The translations under genes and the position numbers were made by a program. A stretch of 63,960 nucleotides of DNA, counting the filler, from Reclinomonas americana ATCC 50394 (lineage: Eukaryota): NCBI GenBank assembly GCA_048213135.1. It is 54 parts of 54 records of this genome, joined end to end, with 100 filler letters (N's around TTAATTAATTAA, not from the genome) between each part and the next. Parts side by side here need not be neighbours in the genome. Positions count along the whole stretch, not along the records: positions 24,990 to 26,076 come from AFZH01026546.1; positions 26,177 to 27,263 come from AFZH01026547.1; positions 27,364 to 28,450 come from AFZH01026548.1; positions 28,551 to 29,636 come from AFZH01026549.1; positions 29,737 to 30,822 come from AFZH01026550.1; positions 30,923 to 32,008 come from AFZH01026551.1; positions 32,109 to 33,194 come from AFZH01026552.1; positions 33,295 to 34,379 come from AFZH01026553.1; 46 more parts are not named here. The stretch is one strand, 5' to 3'. Shown here piece after piece: positions 24,990 through 35,818 of this stretch. Within the stretch, counting starts at the first letter, position 1. Each line of letters opens with the position of its first letter. The notes under the pieces were generated by a model. The model had not been told where the DNA came from, did not search any database, and saw only the letters and a program-made list of their open reading frames with translations.

Positions 24990-26076
24990 AGAGGGAGAGA
25001 TTGTTTGTGCTTATGTGCGTTTGTGTGTGTTTTGTTTTGTTTTGTTTGTGTTGTTTGCAAAATAATGGATGAGTGCATATGTTTGAGTGTATGTCTGTGC
25101 GTGTGTGTATGTATTTGTGTATGAGAATGAGAGAGGAGAGAGAGAGAAGGGAGAGGGGAGAGAATGAGAGAGAGCGGGAGAGTGTAGAGAGAGAGGGGAG
25201 TGAGAAAGTGAGAGAAAGAGAGAGAAAATGTGTGTGTGTTCGAGAGAGAGGGAGAGAGAGAGAAAAGACAGAGAAAAGACTAAGTGTGCGTGCGTGTGTG
25301 GGTCGACTGACTGTGCATGTGGCGTGTTTGTGTGTGTTTATGTGTGTTTGTGTGTGTTTGTGTGTGTGTGTGCACGGCGACAATGGCGATGGATGTATGA
25401 TCATGCAGGGAGTTGAGTATGCGTGTGTATGTGTGTGTATACGAGAAGAGAGAGAAGAGAGAGAGAAGGGAGAGGGGAGAGAGAGAGGGAGAAACAGAGT
25501 GTGAGAAAGACAGACCGAGAGAGTGTGAGAGCAAGGAAGAGGGAAGGAGAGTGTGAGAGAAAGAGAGAGTTCGTGTATGTGTGTGTCTGGGAAGAGAATT
25601 AGGGAGAGTAGGGAGAGAGAGAGAGAAGAGAGAGAGAGTTGTATGTGCTTATGTGCGTTTGTGTGTGTTTTGTTTTGTTTTATACGTGTTGTTTGCAAAA
25701 TAATGGATGAGTGCATGTTTGAGTGCATATGTTTGAGTGTATGTTTGAGTGTGTGTATATGTGTGTATGCGAGAAAGAGAGAGAGGAGAGAGAAGGGAGA
25801 GGGGAGGAAGTGAGAGAGAAGGGAGAGGGAGAGAGAGAGGAGTGAGGGAGTGAGAGAGAAAATGTGTATGCGTGTTTGAGAGAGACAGAGAGAGTGGAAG
25901 TGTGAGAGGGAGAGAAAAAGAGAAAGAGAGAGAAAAGACTGAGTGTGTGCGTGCGTGTGTGGTCGACTGACTGTGCATGTGGCGTGTTTGTGCGTTTGTG
26001 TTTGTGTGTGTGTATGTTTGTGTGTGTTTGTGTATGCACGGCGACAATGGCGATGGATACATAATCATGCAGGACG
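24990..26076. repeat. Composite-microsatellite tandem repeat, unit about 640-660 bp, about 1.7 copies
   Basis: Unique anchors recur at about a 650-bp offset: tttgcaaaataatggatgagtgcat (about 25054/25692), gtcgactgactgtgcatgtggcgtgtttg (25302/25962), gcacggcgacaatggcgatggat (25372/26036). Confidence 0.88.
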
Positions 26077-26176
26077 NNNNNNNNNNNNNNNNNNNNNNNN
26101 NNNNNNNNNNNNNNNNNNNNTTAATTAATTAANNNNNNNNNNNNNNNNNNNNNNNNNNNNNNNNNNNNNNNNNNNN

Positions 26177-27263
26177 GTGCACACAATATTAATCTCACCA
26201 GTGGCGCACGACAAGAACGCTGAGCCGTCTGGAATGAAGCGAGCAGCCAAAATAATGGTCGACAGCGCCGGATGCCGCACAGTGCAGCGAGCCTTGTCGG
26301 TGGACAGGTCCCACACAGTGGCCGACTCGCCGTTGGCGGTCAAACCGACGGTGGGACCCGCTGGTGACAGGTGAGTCACAGTGACTAGAGGGCCTGCTTC
26401 GGTGATTTCGCGGCGGCATTCGCACGACTCGACGTCCCACAGTTCAGCAGCATTCTCCGTGCCCAGCAGCAGAACCGTTCTGGGGACTGCCGCCTGTTTG
26501 GGTAGAGCGAGTAAAACCAACAGTAAGTCGGTGACGAGAGACGCCAGTGCAACGAAGGTAAAAAAAGATCAGCACACCGATGCTCTCCTTCGATGTGCGC
26601 CGGCCGCGACTGGGTTGGTTGAGTGGCGTCGCCGGTCTACCGTACAACCGACCGAGAGACTGAGAATCTCGCCATCGTGTGCCTGCAGCTTGCGAACGAG
26701 ATGCCAGCGGACTGTACGCTCGTTGTCTTCCGAAATGCGACCATCGAAGCCCTCGCTGCCGAGAACTTCTGTGGCAGGCGCAGACGGTGCCGGAGAAGAC
26801 AAGGGAGAGCTGTCGAGAAACTGGGATGCGCCACCGCCACCACCACCACCACCACCACCACCACTTCCATTGCCGCGCAGCTGCCACAGTTGCACAATGC
26901 CGTCGGCGCATCCAAATGCGAGTAGCAAACGCCCCCCATCGTCGTTGACTGAGAACGCCATACAACGAACAGTGCCTGCATAGTCCGGAATGTCACACGT
27001 GCGCCTTCCGCACGTGGTATCCCACAGTTCAATTGCACGGCTCGTCGCCGTTGCCACTCGCTCGCCATCGGGGCTTACTACTAGCGCCTCGATCGGAGCC
27101 TGCTTCGGCTTCACCGTCAAGTAAGGCTCCGTGAGGCACTCGGCCGGTGACCATCCGTGCAGCTGGCCGTCTTCACAGGCGACAAAGAGTACGTTGGTTG
27201 CAGGCGAGCTGGCCACAAACACGGTACTGCTCGAGTGCTGTGGGTGCGTACGTTTTTTGTAAA
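26177..27263 (-). CDS. WD40-repeat protein fragment (copy 2, probable allele of 2385-3478)
   Basis: ORF translations identical to copy 1; scattered synonymous SNPs and a 3-nt poly-A indel in the intron. Confidence 0.85.
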
Positions 27264-27363
27264 NNNNNNNNNNNNNNNNNNNNNNNNNNNNNNNNNNNNN
27301 NNNNNNNTTAATTAATTAANNNNNNNNNNNNNNNNNNNNNNNNNNNNNNNNNNNNNNNNNNNN

Positions 27364-28450
27364 CCGGTTGTTGGAGGAGGCACTGGAGCGACTGTCACCC
27401 GAGTTGGGATTGGAGTCGGATGTGCGACGATTGAAGGAGGAACCACTGCTACTGTTGCTCGACGGATACGACGAGTTGTACCGTGGTGTGAGTCTGTTTG
27501 TCAAGAACCAGCTTGACGCTTCTGTGTGTCCCAACTTGAAGATGATTATCACCTGCCGAGGCGATTACGCTCTGACGGCACTGGGTGGTGTGACACAGTA
27601 TCGACGGTTGTTTGCACCGGTGGATGCAAGTGGACAATTGTGCGTGCAGCAGCTGATGGAGCGACACATTGCGCCGTTTACCAAGGAGCAGATTGAGGAG
27701 TACTTTGAGCGACTGGTGCAAGTGGGTGGTGATGAAGATGATGAAGGTGAAGTGCGATGGTCGACTTCTGAGGAGTGCATTCGTGCACTGAGGAGTGTGC
27801 ATGGACTGGATGCACTGGTGTCGAATCCGTTCCTGCTGGCAGTGGTGGCTCGCGTGCTGCCGCAGGTGGTGGCGAGTGGTCTGCAACGACCGACTCGGCG
27901 TGATATGTTTGACCGATTCATTCGACAGTGGATTGTGAGGGAGCAGGAGAGGCAGACGCGTCTCGGTGCGGAGCGTGTGCCGAATGAGGAGACGTGTCTC
28001 TCATTCTGTGAGGGACTGGCACGGTTGATGCATGAAAGGAATGTGGTGCGCGTGTCTGTGACAGAGAGTCGATCAGGTGATGGTGGGGAGGATGATGACT
28101 TTGGTGGTGCACCACTTGCCGTGCGTCGACTTGAAGAGGGACCGTTTGGCAAGTTCCTCGGGCACAAGAACCAGTATGTACGAGTGTGCTGTCCCATTGT
28201 ACGACGATTTGGAACGACGCAGTGGGGTTTCGTGCATCTGTCGTTGCTGGAGCACTGTGTGGCACGGCATGTGTTTGCATGGGAGACGTGGGATGAGGAG
28301 AGAAGATTGACGATGGAAGATGTGCAGCAGCATGTGCTGGCAGTGCGACTGCCAAATGATCGACCATCGCTGGTGGAGCAGATGGCGGAGGTGGTGCGAC
28401 GATCTCCTCGACTGCAATCGAGACTGTGGGAGGTGATTGAGATGTCACGT
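27364..28450 (+). CDS. NACHT (STAND) NTPase, NLR-like protein, central region, intronless
   Basis: Open across the whole contig: Walker B LLLLLDGYDE, sensor-1 KMIITCR, YRRLFAP, IAPF..EQIEEY, LVSNPFLL..V..VLP, WHD motif WGFVHLSLLEH. Confidence 0.92.
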
Positions 28451-29602
28451 NNNNNNNNNNNNNNNNNNNNNNNNNNNNNNNNNNNNNNNNNNNNTTAATT
28501 AATTAANNNNNNNNNNNNNNNNNNNNNNNNNNNNNNNNNNNNNNNNNNNNTTACTCCGTCGTCGAAGAGCTGCTGGCCGTAGACGCAGCTCTTGCTGCGC
28601 TCGACTACAGTGCACGATAATGTAGGGCAGTGCATCGTTGGGTGCTCGTCCACCCCGCAGCGGTCGGCCGCGGGCATCAGTTGTCGACATGTCGTCATGC
28701 ATGCATATGCAAGCAGATTCCGAGATTCTGTATTCTCAACAGCGCACTTGCAGTGTGCAGCAGCTCTACTTATCCACCACACAGCTGCATGCTGTTCATC
28801 GTCATCATCGTGAGTGTGCACCAGATATGGGAAACACAGAGACAAATGCATGCATTTCAGAATTCCAGAATCCAGAAGATTGAAAGTGTTGCGTATCAAA
28901 TGCTGGTGCTTGCTGCAAGGCTCGCGACATGCACATGGACTGGAAGTTACACTGCAAACAGGAAATGCAGAGTCGGGGGTGGAAGAGTTTGCGTACAGTA
29001 CGGTTTCTGGCAGTAATTCCGGGAGAGCGGAAGAATATACAGAAACCAACACACTGCCAGTTTAGTTTTATTCGACGCATCGTCAGCCAACCTCCACAAC
29101 ACGGAGACCAACGGTCCCTGCAAGCCATTCGTCAAGATGCGGGTCTTCAGTCCACGACCAAAGAGTCCAACGACACGCATCGACAGGCTTGCCTGCTGCG
29201 CTGAACCGGTGAGAGCAGACGTCTTTCACTCGATCCCCTTCCCCCTCTCCCTCTCTCCCACAGTTGCAGGCAAGCAAAGCACAGAGGATTCACTCGAGGC
29301 ACTGCACGCACATTCTTCCAACACGAAAAAAAGGGGGGAAGCGCAAGTCACAATTACAAGAAAACAACAATCAGGTCGCCAACACGGGCGCCGTTCGGGC
29401 GCTTAGAGCCAGCCCTCGATGTCGTCGACGCCGGTTTGGATCGCGTTGCCGACGGCCTGCACGGCGACGGCGACCTGCGTGGCACGAAGGGTGAGCCAGA
29501 GGAAAAGCACGGAGGAACTTGGTTCTGCATTCCATCCAGAGACAACACTTTCACAAAGTGCACCGTTGATAGTCACATGAGTCTACTATAGCACGAACGA
29601 AG

Positions 29603-29636
<34 letters not shown>

Positions 29637-29736
29637 NNNNNNNNNNNNNNNNNNNNNNNNNNNNNNNNNNNNNNNNNNNNTTAATTAATTAANNNNNNNN
29701 NNNNNNNNNNNNNNNNNNNNNNNNNNNNNNNNNNNN

Positions 29737-30115
29737 AGCCAACTTGCGTGAAAACAATCGGCACGTACGTAACCACCGCTTCAGTGTGCGATCGGATCTT
29801 CTCCACCAGCTCCGAGTACTTCGCCAGCTTGCGGTCGTACGCCTTTTGCAGCGCCTCTTCGTCCTTCGCGATCGGGTACGCAACGCGTACGGTGAGTTCC
29901 ACGATCAGCACCTTAGTCACCTGTGCATCGGCATCTGCAGCTGGACCTGCACGAGTCACAGCCACAATGTCTGGTTTCAGCTGTGCCAACTGGTCTTCTC
30001 CTGCTGGCAACAAATTCTGCGGCACTTTCTCGGTGTAGAAGACTGCCTCGCTGTGCATACTCGAGTCTCTGAGTTTCTCGTGCAAGATCGTTGCCACTCT
30101 GTTGTCCCGACTCAC
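29737..30115 (-). mobile_element. Restriction-like endonuclease domain of an RLE-clade (R2/R4/NeSL/CRE-like) non-LTR retrotransposon, 5'-truncated remnant
   Basis: SRDNRVA (RHN-like), LKPDIV, LIVELTV, AYDRKLAKY, VPIVF..G give the PD..(D/E)..K.KY order. In-frame stop just upstream; no CCHC knuckle or RT visible. Confidence 0.82.
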
Positions 30116-30782
30116 CATAATTGCGCACAACAGTCGACGTCAGCTGTAGGTTTATGGGGAACAAGACATGGCGAGATAAGAGGGACTGAGATCGAGATAT
30201 CTACTGTATATAGGCAGGAGTTGAGAGAGACAGGAAGGAAGGAAAACGGCAGTGGAAGAAAGGAGATTAACAGACCGACACACCATTCCACACGTAAAGC
30301 CGCCGCTATTTGGCGAGGACCCTGCGCATGCCCTGGGAGGAAGGTGCTTGGTACTCCACACCCATAAGCCTGGAAGAGACGGCGCGATTGACCGGCCGGC
30401 GCCGCACACCCTGATGCTGTGTGTGCAGCTGCAGGCAGTGGATGCCTGTTTCTGCGTGTTAGTTGTTTTTGCAGTATCTTTGCTAACCGCCGTCTTGGTG
30501 AGTAGGATAGGCACACAAACTCAGATAGCATCGATAACACGAATACCAAAAGAGCCATACAAAACATTAACATGAATCCAAAGAGGCAGAAGCAATAGCA
30601 CACTCCATCTCTGTCCCTCTCTCTCATCCGATCCCCCACATGCCACCACAGATACACTCTGTCGCCTTGTCTCTCTCATGTCTCCTCCCTTGCAAATGAT
30701 CATGCATGCGTGATGCTGTGCAGCAGCATCGAGGGAGAGAACGAGAGCGAACGCGCGTACAAGAGAAAGAGAGAGAAGAGAC

Positions 30783-30822
<40 letters not shown>

Positions 30823-30924
30823 NNNNNNNNNNNNNNNNNNNNNNNNNNNNNNNNNNNNNNNNNNNNTTAATTAATTAANNNNNNNNNNNNNNNNNNNNNN
30901 NNNNNNNNNNNNNNNNNNNNNNCG

Positions 30925-31104
30925 GCCCTGCGCGTCACCTCGTCGGAGCGCGCGGGTATCGATGCTCTGCTCGACGGCGCGGATTGCGGCCGAACCGTCT
31001 ACCGTGACGGCCCGCCGTCCGCGCACCACGAGGTCGTTCTCGAAGTCGACGGGAACGTCGCAGACGTGTTGCTGTCCGGCATCCGACGGCACCCTTGGCC
31101 GTGA
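30925..31104 (+). CDS. Bacterial protein C-terminus, possibly a nucleoside hydrolase
   Basis: ALRVTSSERAGIDALLDGADCGRTVYRD..HEVVLEVDGNVADVLL..TGA abuts the stop of the convergent oxidoreductase. Confidence 0.4.
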   Translation, partial: ALRVTSSERAGIDALLDGADCGRTVYRDGPPSAHHEVVLEVDGNVADVLLSGIRRHPWP

Positions 31105-32008
31105 CTAGGGGACGAGGATGATCTTGCCCGAGGCGGCGCCGGATTCCATGAGCTCATGGGCCTGCGCCGCTTCGGCGAGCGGCAGCTCGGGACCGAGCTC
31201 GATCGTGAAGTCACCGGAGGCGAGCAGCTCGACCGTCTTCGGCAGCGCTTCGGCCCGCCAGGCGAGCTCCTCCTCGGTGAGGGGCACGGGGGAACCGCCG
31301 GAGAAGGCGCGGATGCCGAACGACGCGGCATCCGGTCCCCGCACGATCGTCGCGATCCGGTCGCGGTCGGCGACGAGGGCGAGCGACGTCTCGATCGCCT
31401 CGTCGGTGCCCGCGCAGTCCAGGACGACCGTGACGGGAGCATGGGCGACGTCTCTCACGCGCTCGAGGAGGCCGGCGTCGTAGGAGATCGGGATGGCGCC
31501 GAGCTCGCGCAGGAGTTCGTGGCGGGAAGGGCTCGCGGTGGCGATCACCGTCGCGCCCCAGGCCACGGCGAACTGCACCGCGAACTGGCCCACAGAGCCG
31601 GAACCGGCGTGGACCAGCAGCACATCGCCGTCGGTCACGCCGAGCGAGCGCAGCGCCTGGTAGGCGGTGCCTGCCGGGATGCCGATCGCCGCACCCTCGG
31701 CAGCGGTCACGGCATCCGGAAGGGCGACGAGCTTCTCGGTCGCGATCGCCAGCGCCGAGGCGTAGGTGCCGAGCGCATCGCGGATCGCGACGCGGTCGCC
31801 GACCGCGAAGTCCTCGACGCCCTCGCCGACGACGTCGACCACTCCGGCTCCGTCGAAGCCGACCGGGCGGGGCTCGGTGATGTCCGGAGAGGGGCGCTTG
31901 CGACTGCGCAGCTTGGCGTCGATCGGGTTCACGCCCGCCGCCTCGATCCGCACGACGACCTCGCCGCGCGCCGCGACGGGGTCGGGGAGTCTCGATCTCG
32001 TGGAGGAC
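31105..32008 (-). CDS. NADPH:quinone oxidoreductase-like MDR dehydrogenase (Microbacteriaceae-like contig)
   Basis: AAGVNPID, GFDGAGVV, VGDRV, AGSGSVGQFAVQ, LAEAAQAHE..GKIILVP; very high GC3, no introns. Confidence 0.93.
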
Positions 32009-32108
32009 NNNNNNNNNNNNNNNNNNNNNNNNNNNNNNNNNNNNNNNNNNNNTTAATTAATTAANNNNNNNNNNNNNNNNNNNNNNNNNNNNNNNNNNNN
32101 NNNNNNNN

Positions 32109-32139
<31 letters not shown>

Positions 32140-32151
32140 GTGTGCGCGCAG

Positions 32152-33194
32152 GTGGCACCATTCCGGAAAGAGGGCAGAACACACCCGGTGCAGGTGGCCA
32201 ACATGCTGACTGTCAAGTACACGGACCCCACTGATCACTCGGATGCCTCGGCCGTCTTCCGTACGGATCTGTGTGAACAAGTCATCCAGGTGCGTGATTC
32301 GTTTCTGGTGCGATGCTCGAGCTGTGTTGTTGTTGTTGTTGATGCATGTGCATGTGCAGGCCATCAAGGGCGCAATCACACGTATCACGCAAGAATTCCG
32401 GCATGCGGCGTTCCAGGAGGGCAAGGTGTGTGTGTTTTGGTGTGCCATGATGCAACTGTCTCGGCTACGTACTTGGTGCTCACGAAACCCACGGCACGGG
32501 GGGGTGACAGGCCGAGAAGATTGTCAGACCAGCCGATGTTCCCGGCCCGCTTCTCAACATTGCCTTGTTGAATTTGGGCGCCCGGTCGCCGCACACACGC
32601 ACGGCGGCGTACAATTTGCTGAGCGCTGTCATTCAGCAGTTCGAGTTCAACACGCCTACGCACCTGAACCCACTCTTTGGTGCGTATCCCAGATCTCCTT
32701 CTTTGTATGCGCTCGTTGAGACAACTGACGCATGCGCGCGCATTGCAGGGAGCGTTATCCCGTCGAGTTGCGGTTTCCTGGCCAACAAAATCAGTGGCGA
32801 GATTGCTGCAGCGCAGCCGGATCTGGTGTTTGACTTTTTGCAAGGTTCCGTCACTCGTCTGCTTCATGTACACTGCATCATACTGACGCGTGCTTGTGAC
32901 GGCACACAGAGAGTCTTCGTGGCCTGAGGGCCGTTCCCGCACGGCATCACGTGTTCTGCTTGGACTACATGGTACCGTGGATATGTCGTCTCTCTATCGT
33001 GCCGGAGGAGTCGACAACGCGTCAACGGCTGCACGTGCTTCTGTCTGAGTTCTTGGGCCTCACCAGTGAGCGCACCGAGGTAAGCTGCGCGTGTGGCTGT
33101 GCTATTGTTGTGGCGATGGCGTTGCTGACACGTCGCTGGTGCAGTTGTATCCGGTGTTCCTGCAGCGATTATGGTCGCATTTTGCCACATTTCC
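32152..33194 (+). CDS. NF1: Neurofibromin (RasGAP), end of Sec14-PH plus C-terminal HEAT region
   Basis: RPADVPGPLLNIALLNLG..RTAAYNLLSA, AAAQPDLVFDFLQ/ESL, HVFCLDYMVPW and LYP..RLW closely parallel NF1 RPKDVPGTLLNIALLNLG..RSAAYNLL..HLCLEYMTPW. Confidence 0.92.
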
Positions 33195-33757
33195 NNNNNN
33201 NNNNNNNNNNNNNNNNNNNNNNNNNNNNNNNNNNNNNNTTAATTAATTAANNNNNNNNNNNNNNNNNNNNNNNNNNNNNNNNNNNNNNNNNNNNGGAGAG
33301 AGAGAGAGAAGGGAGAGAGAAGGGAGAGAAAATGAGAAGAGAAGGAGAAGAGAAGGAGAAGAGAAGGAGAAGAGAAGGAGAAGAGAGAGAGAAGGAGAAG
33401 AGAAGGAGAAGAGAAGGAGAAAAAGAAGAGAAGCTTAAGGAGAAGAGAGGGAGAGAGAAGAGATAGAAGGAGAAGAGAGGGAGGTGAGAGAAATGAGAGA
33501 AAATAAGGAGAGAGAAAGAGAAAGGGAGAGAAGAGACTGGATAAGAGATAGAAGTGAGTTGCGAGGGAGAGAAAATGGGAACTGGAGAGAGATGGGCGTC
33601 AGCAAATGAGAAGTGAGGACGAAAAGAGAGGGAGAAACTGCAAATGAGGGCACATGAAAGAGGGAGAGATAAAGATGAAGACAGAGGAAAAGGTGCGTTA
33701 AGCAGGGAGAGAAAGACGCAGAAGAGGCCTGTGCATTCTGAGCGTTCACCGCCGTAC

Positions 33758-34255
33758 CTTATCCGTAGGCTTCTCGCGACTGACAAACTTGACCAACATG
33801 TCGTCGGCCAGCTGCGCAGTGGCACGACCGCCCGCCGAGTCAGCCTCAGCTGTGGTCTGGTTGGCCCACAGAGGAACCTGGGGGAGGAGAGCGTGTCAGA
33901 CGAGCGACCTCGCCCACATTCTTTCCTTCCCAAATTCAACGAAACGAGGCATTCCAGGGTGGAGAGGTTGCTCGGATCGTTGGCCAGCGGGAGCACGGTC
34001 TTCATGGTGTTGGTCTCGTGAAGAGCTTGAATCTTTAGCTGCAGAGGCGACATGCGAGAGACTGCTGGTGCCACTGCTGGTTCCTCAATCGCCGCCGCCA
34101 CGGGTTGGACGGAAACAGGTGGCACAGCGTAGTTTGAGGCCGGTGGCACATCGGCAGAGTGGACAGCTGCAGGGCGCGAGGCTCCACAGCCACCGCCGCG
34201 AAGGGCGAGGCGATGGCCACCAATACGAAGTTGGCGCGAATGGCGGTGGGTGAAA
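33758..34255 (-). CDS. N-terminal exons of a putative NACHT-type protein with an LALRGG-GCGAS motif
   Basis: Exon 34255-33946 (310 nt) and exon 33877-33758 (120 nt) splice in frame: FTHRHSRQLRIGGHRLALRGGGCGASRP...LANDPSNLSTLECL/VPLWANQ...LADDMLVKFVSREKPTDK. The NACHT assignment is inferred. Confidence 0.6.
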
Positions 34256-34479
34256 CTGAACGAAAGAGGCCATGAATGGTGAGGAGAGCGGGAGGAGAGC
34301 ACGAGACTGCAGGAGGAGCTGGCGTTCGCAACAAGGACACGATGAAATGCCCGACATGCATCTCATCTCTCTCTCTCTCNNNNNNNNNNNNNNNNNNNNN
34401 NNNNNNNNNNNNNNNNNNNNNNNTTAATTAATTAANNNNNNNNNNNNNNNNNNNNNNNNNNNNNNNNNNNNNNNNNNNN

Positions 34480-34910
34480 ACGCACACTCAGACACTCGTT
34501 GAGTGCGCGCAAGGCCATGGCTCGCACATCCTCTCCCTCGCCCTCATCATTCAGCGCCAACACCGCAATGGACAAGTACTTGGCCAAGGTCAACTGCGGC
34601 ACACCGTCGCTGTGATGCACCGCAATCGCCAAGCACAGTGCATGCGCGCGCAGTCGCACGCCTGCGTCTGGATCCGACGTGCATTTGGTGGCCACTCCAA
34701 CTACGCCCCACTCCAGCAGCCAGCAGAACGGGAACAGTGGTTCTGCGCAAGGACACATGAGGGACGGATTTACAATGGACGTCGCGAGAGGAGGCGCAAC
34801 TGGCAGCCATTCGGAGCGCTTGCAGAGCGAGGCGCCGGCACTCGGCGTCGGGATCCGACGAGGCTCTCTCCAGGAGGGCGGGGCCAGAGTTGCTGCCGCC
34901 GCCAAGTGCC
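34480..34910 (-). CDS. HEAT-repeat protein fragment
   Basis: SSDPDAECRRLALQAL; TSDPDAGVRLRAHAL; LNDEGEGEDVRAMALRAL. Confidence 0.75.
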
Positions 34911-35818
34911 TGTGTGAGAAAGGAAAAGAGTGAGGGAAAGAGAAAGGGAGCAAAGGGAGAGTGGAGGGAGGCGGGAGTCGAGCAGAGCAGAGGGGAAAGG
35001 ATAGCTGGCGAGTCGCATGCAGAGAAGTGGCGACAAGGTCGACAAGGCCACCAGGCGCATGCAAGATGGCGAGGAAGAGGAAGGATGAACACAGTCCTGA
35101 TTGCGAAGTGTTTCGGAAGAGACAAGAGGAAGACAGCAAGCAACGGAAGGGACAAGTAAGCAGAAGAGAGTTCGCAGGAGAGAGAAAAGCAGAGGCAACG
35201 GAAGGGGAAAGATGATCGGAGAATGGCCTGGAGAGAGTGAGAGAGGAATGAGGAAGAAAGGATGATCACAGCCATGGCAGTGAGGCACGGCACGTATCAG
35301 AGGAAAGGAAACGGCAAGTAAGCACGAGAGGGAGTTGTTCAAAGGAAAGGAGAGGAGGCGAACGAGGCAAGCTGATTGGAGGAAGGTCTGGAGAGAGAGA
35401 TGGGAGGGAGGGAAGGGGGTAGGAAGAACACCTGACGGCAAAGGACAGGCACCGAAAGCGACAAGTATGCAGAAGAGAAGGAGGAGGAGAAGAGAGGAGG
35501 AGGCGAACGAGGCAAGCTGATTGGAGACAGGTCTGGAGAGAGAGATGGGAGAGAGAGAGAGAGGGNNNNNNNNNNNNNNNNNNNNNNNNNNNNNNNNNNN
35601 NNNNNNNNNTTAATTAATTAANNNNNNNNNNNNNNNNNNNNNNNNNNNNNNNNNNNNNNNNNNNNTTGTTCTACAGACCACGCGACGCCGGATGGAATGA
35701 GGGCGTCTCGCGGTGCGAGGTGCCCAGATAGAAGGGCGTAAACGAGGATAATGATGATGATGATGATGATGATGATGTATTGTTGTTGTTGTTGGTGAAG
35801 GGGCAAGGAGGGGGAGAA

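Noticed and set aside
28551..29636. ORFs of 60-185 aa in this contig, and likewise in 51056-52135
   Set aside because: No recognisable motifs and no confident exon chain; left unannotated.
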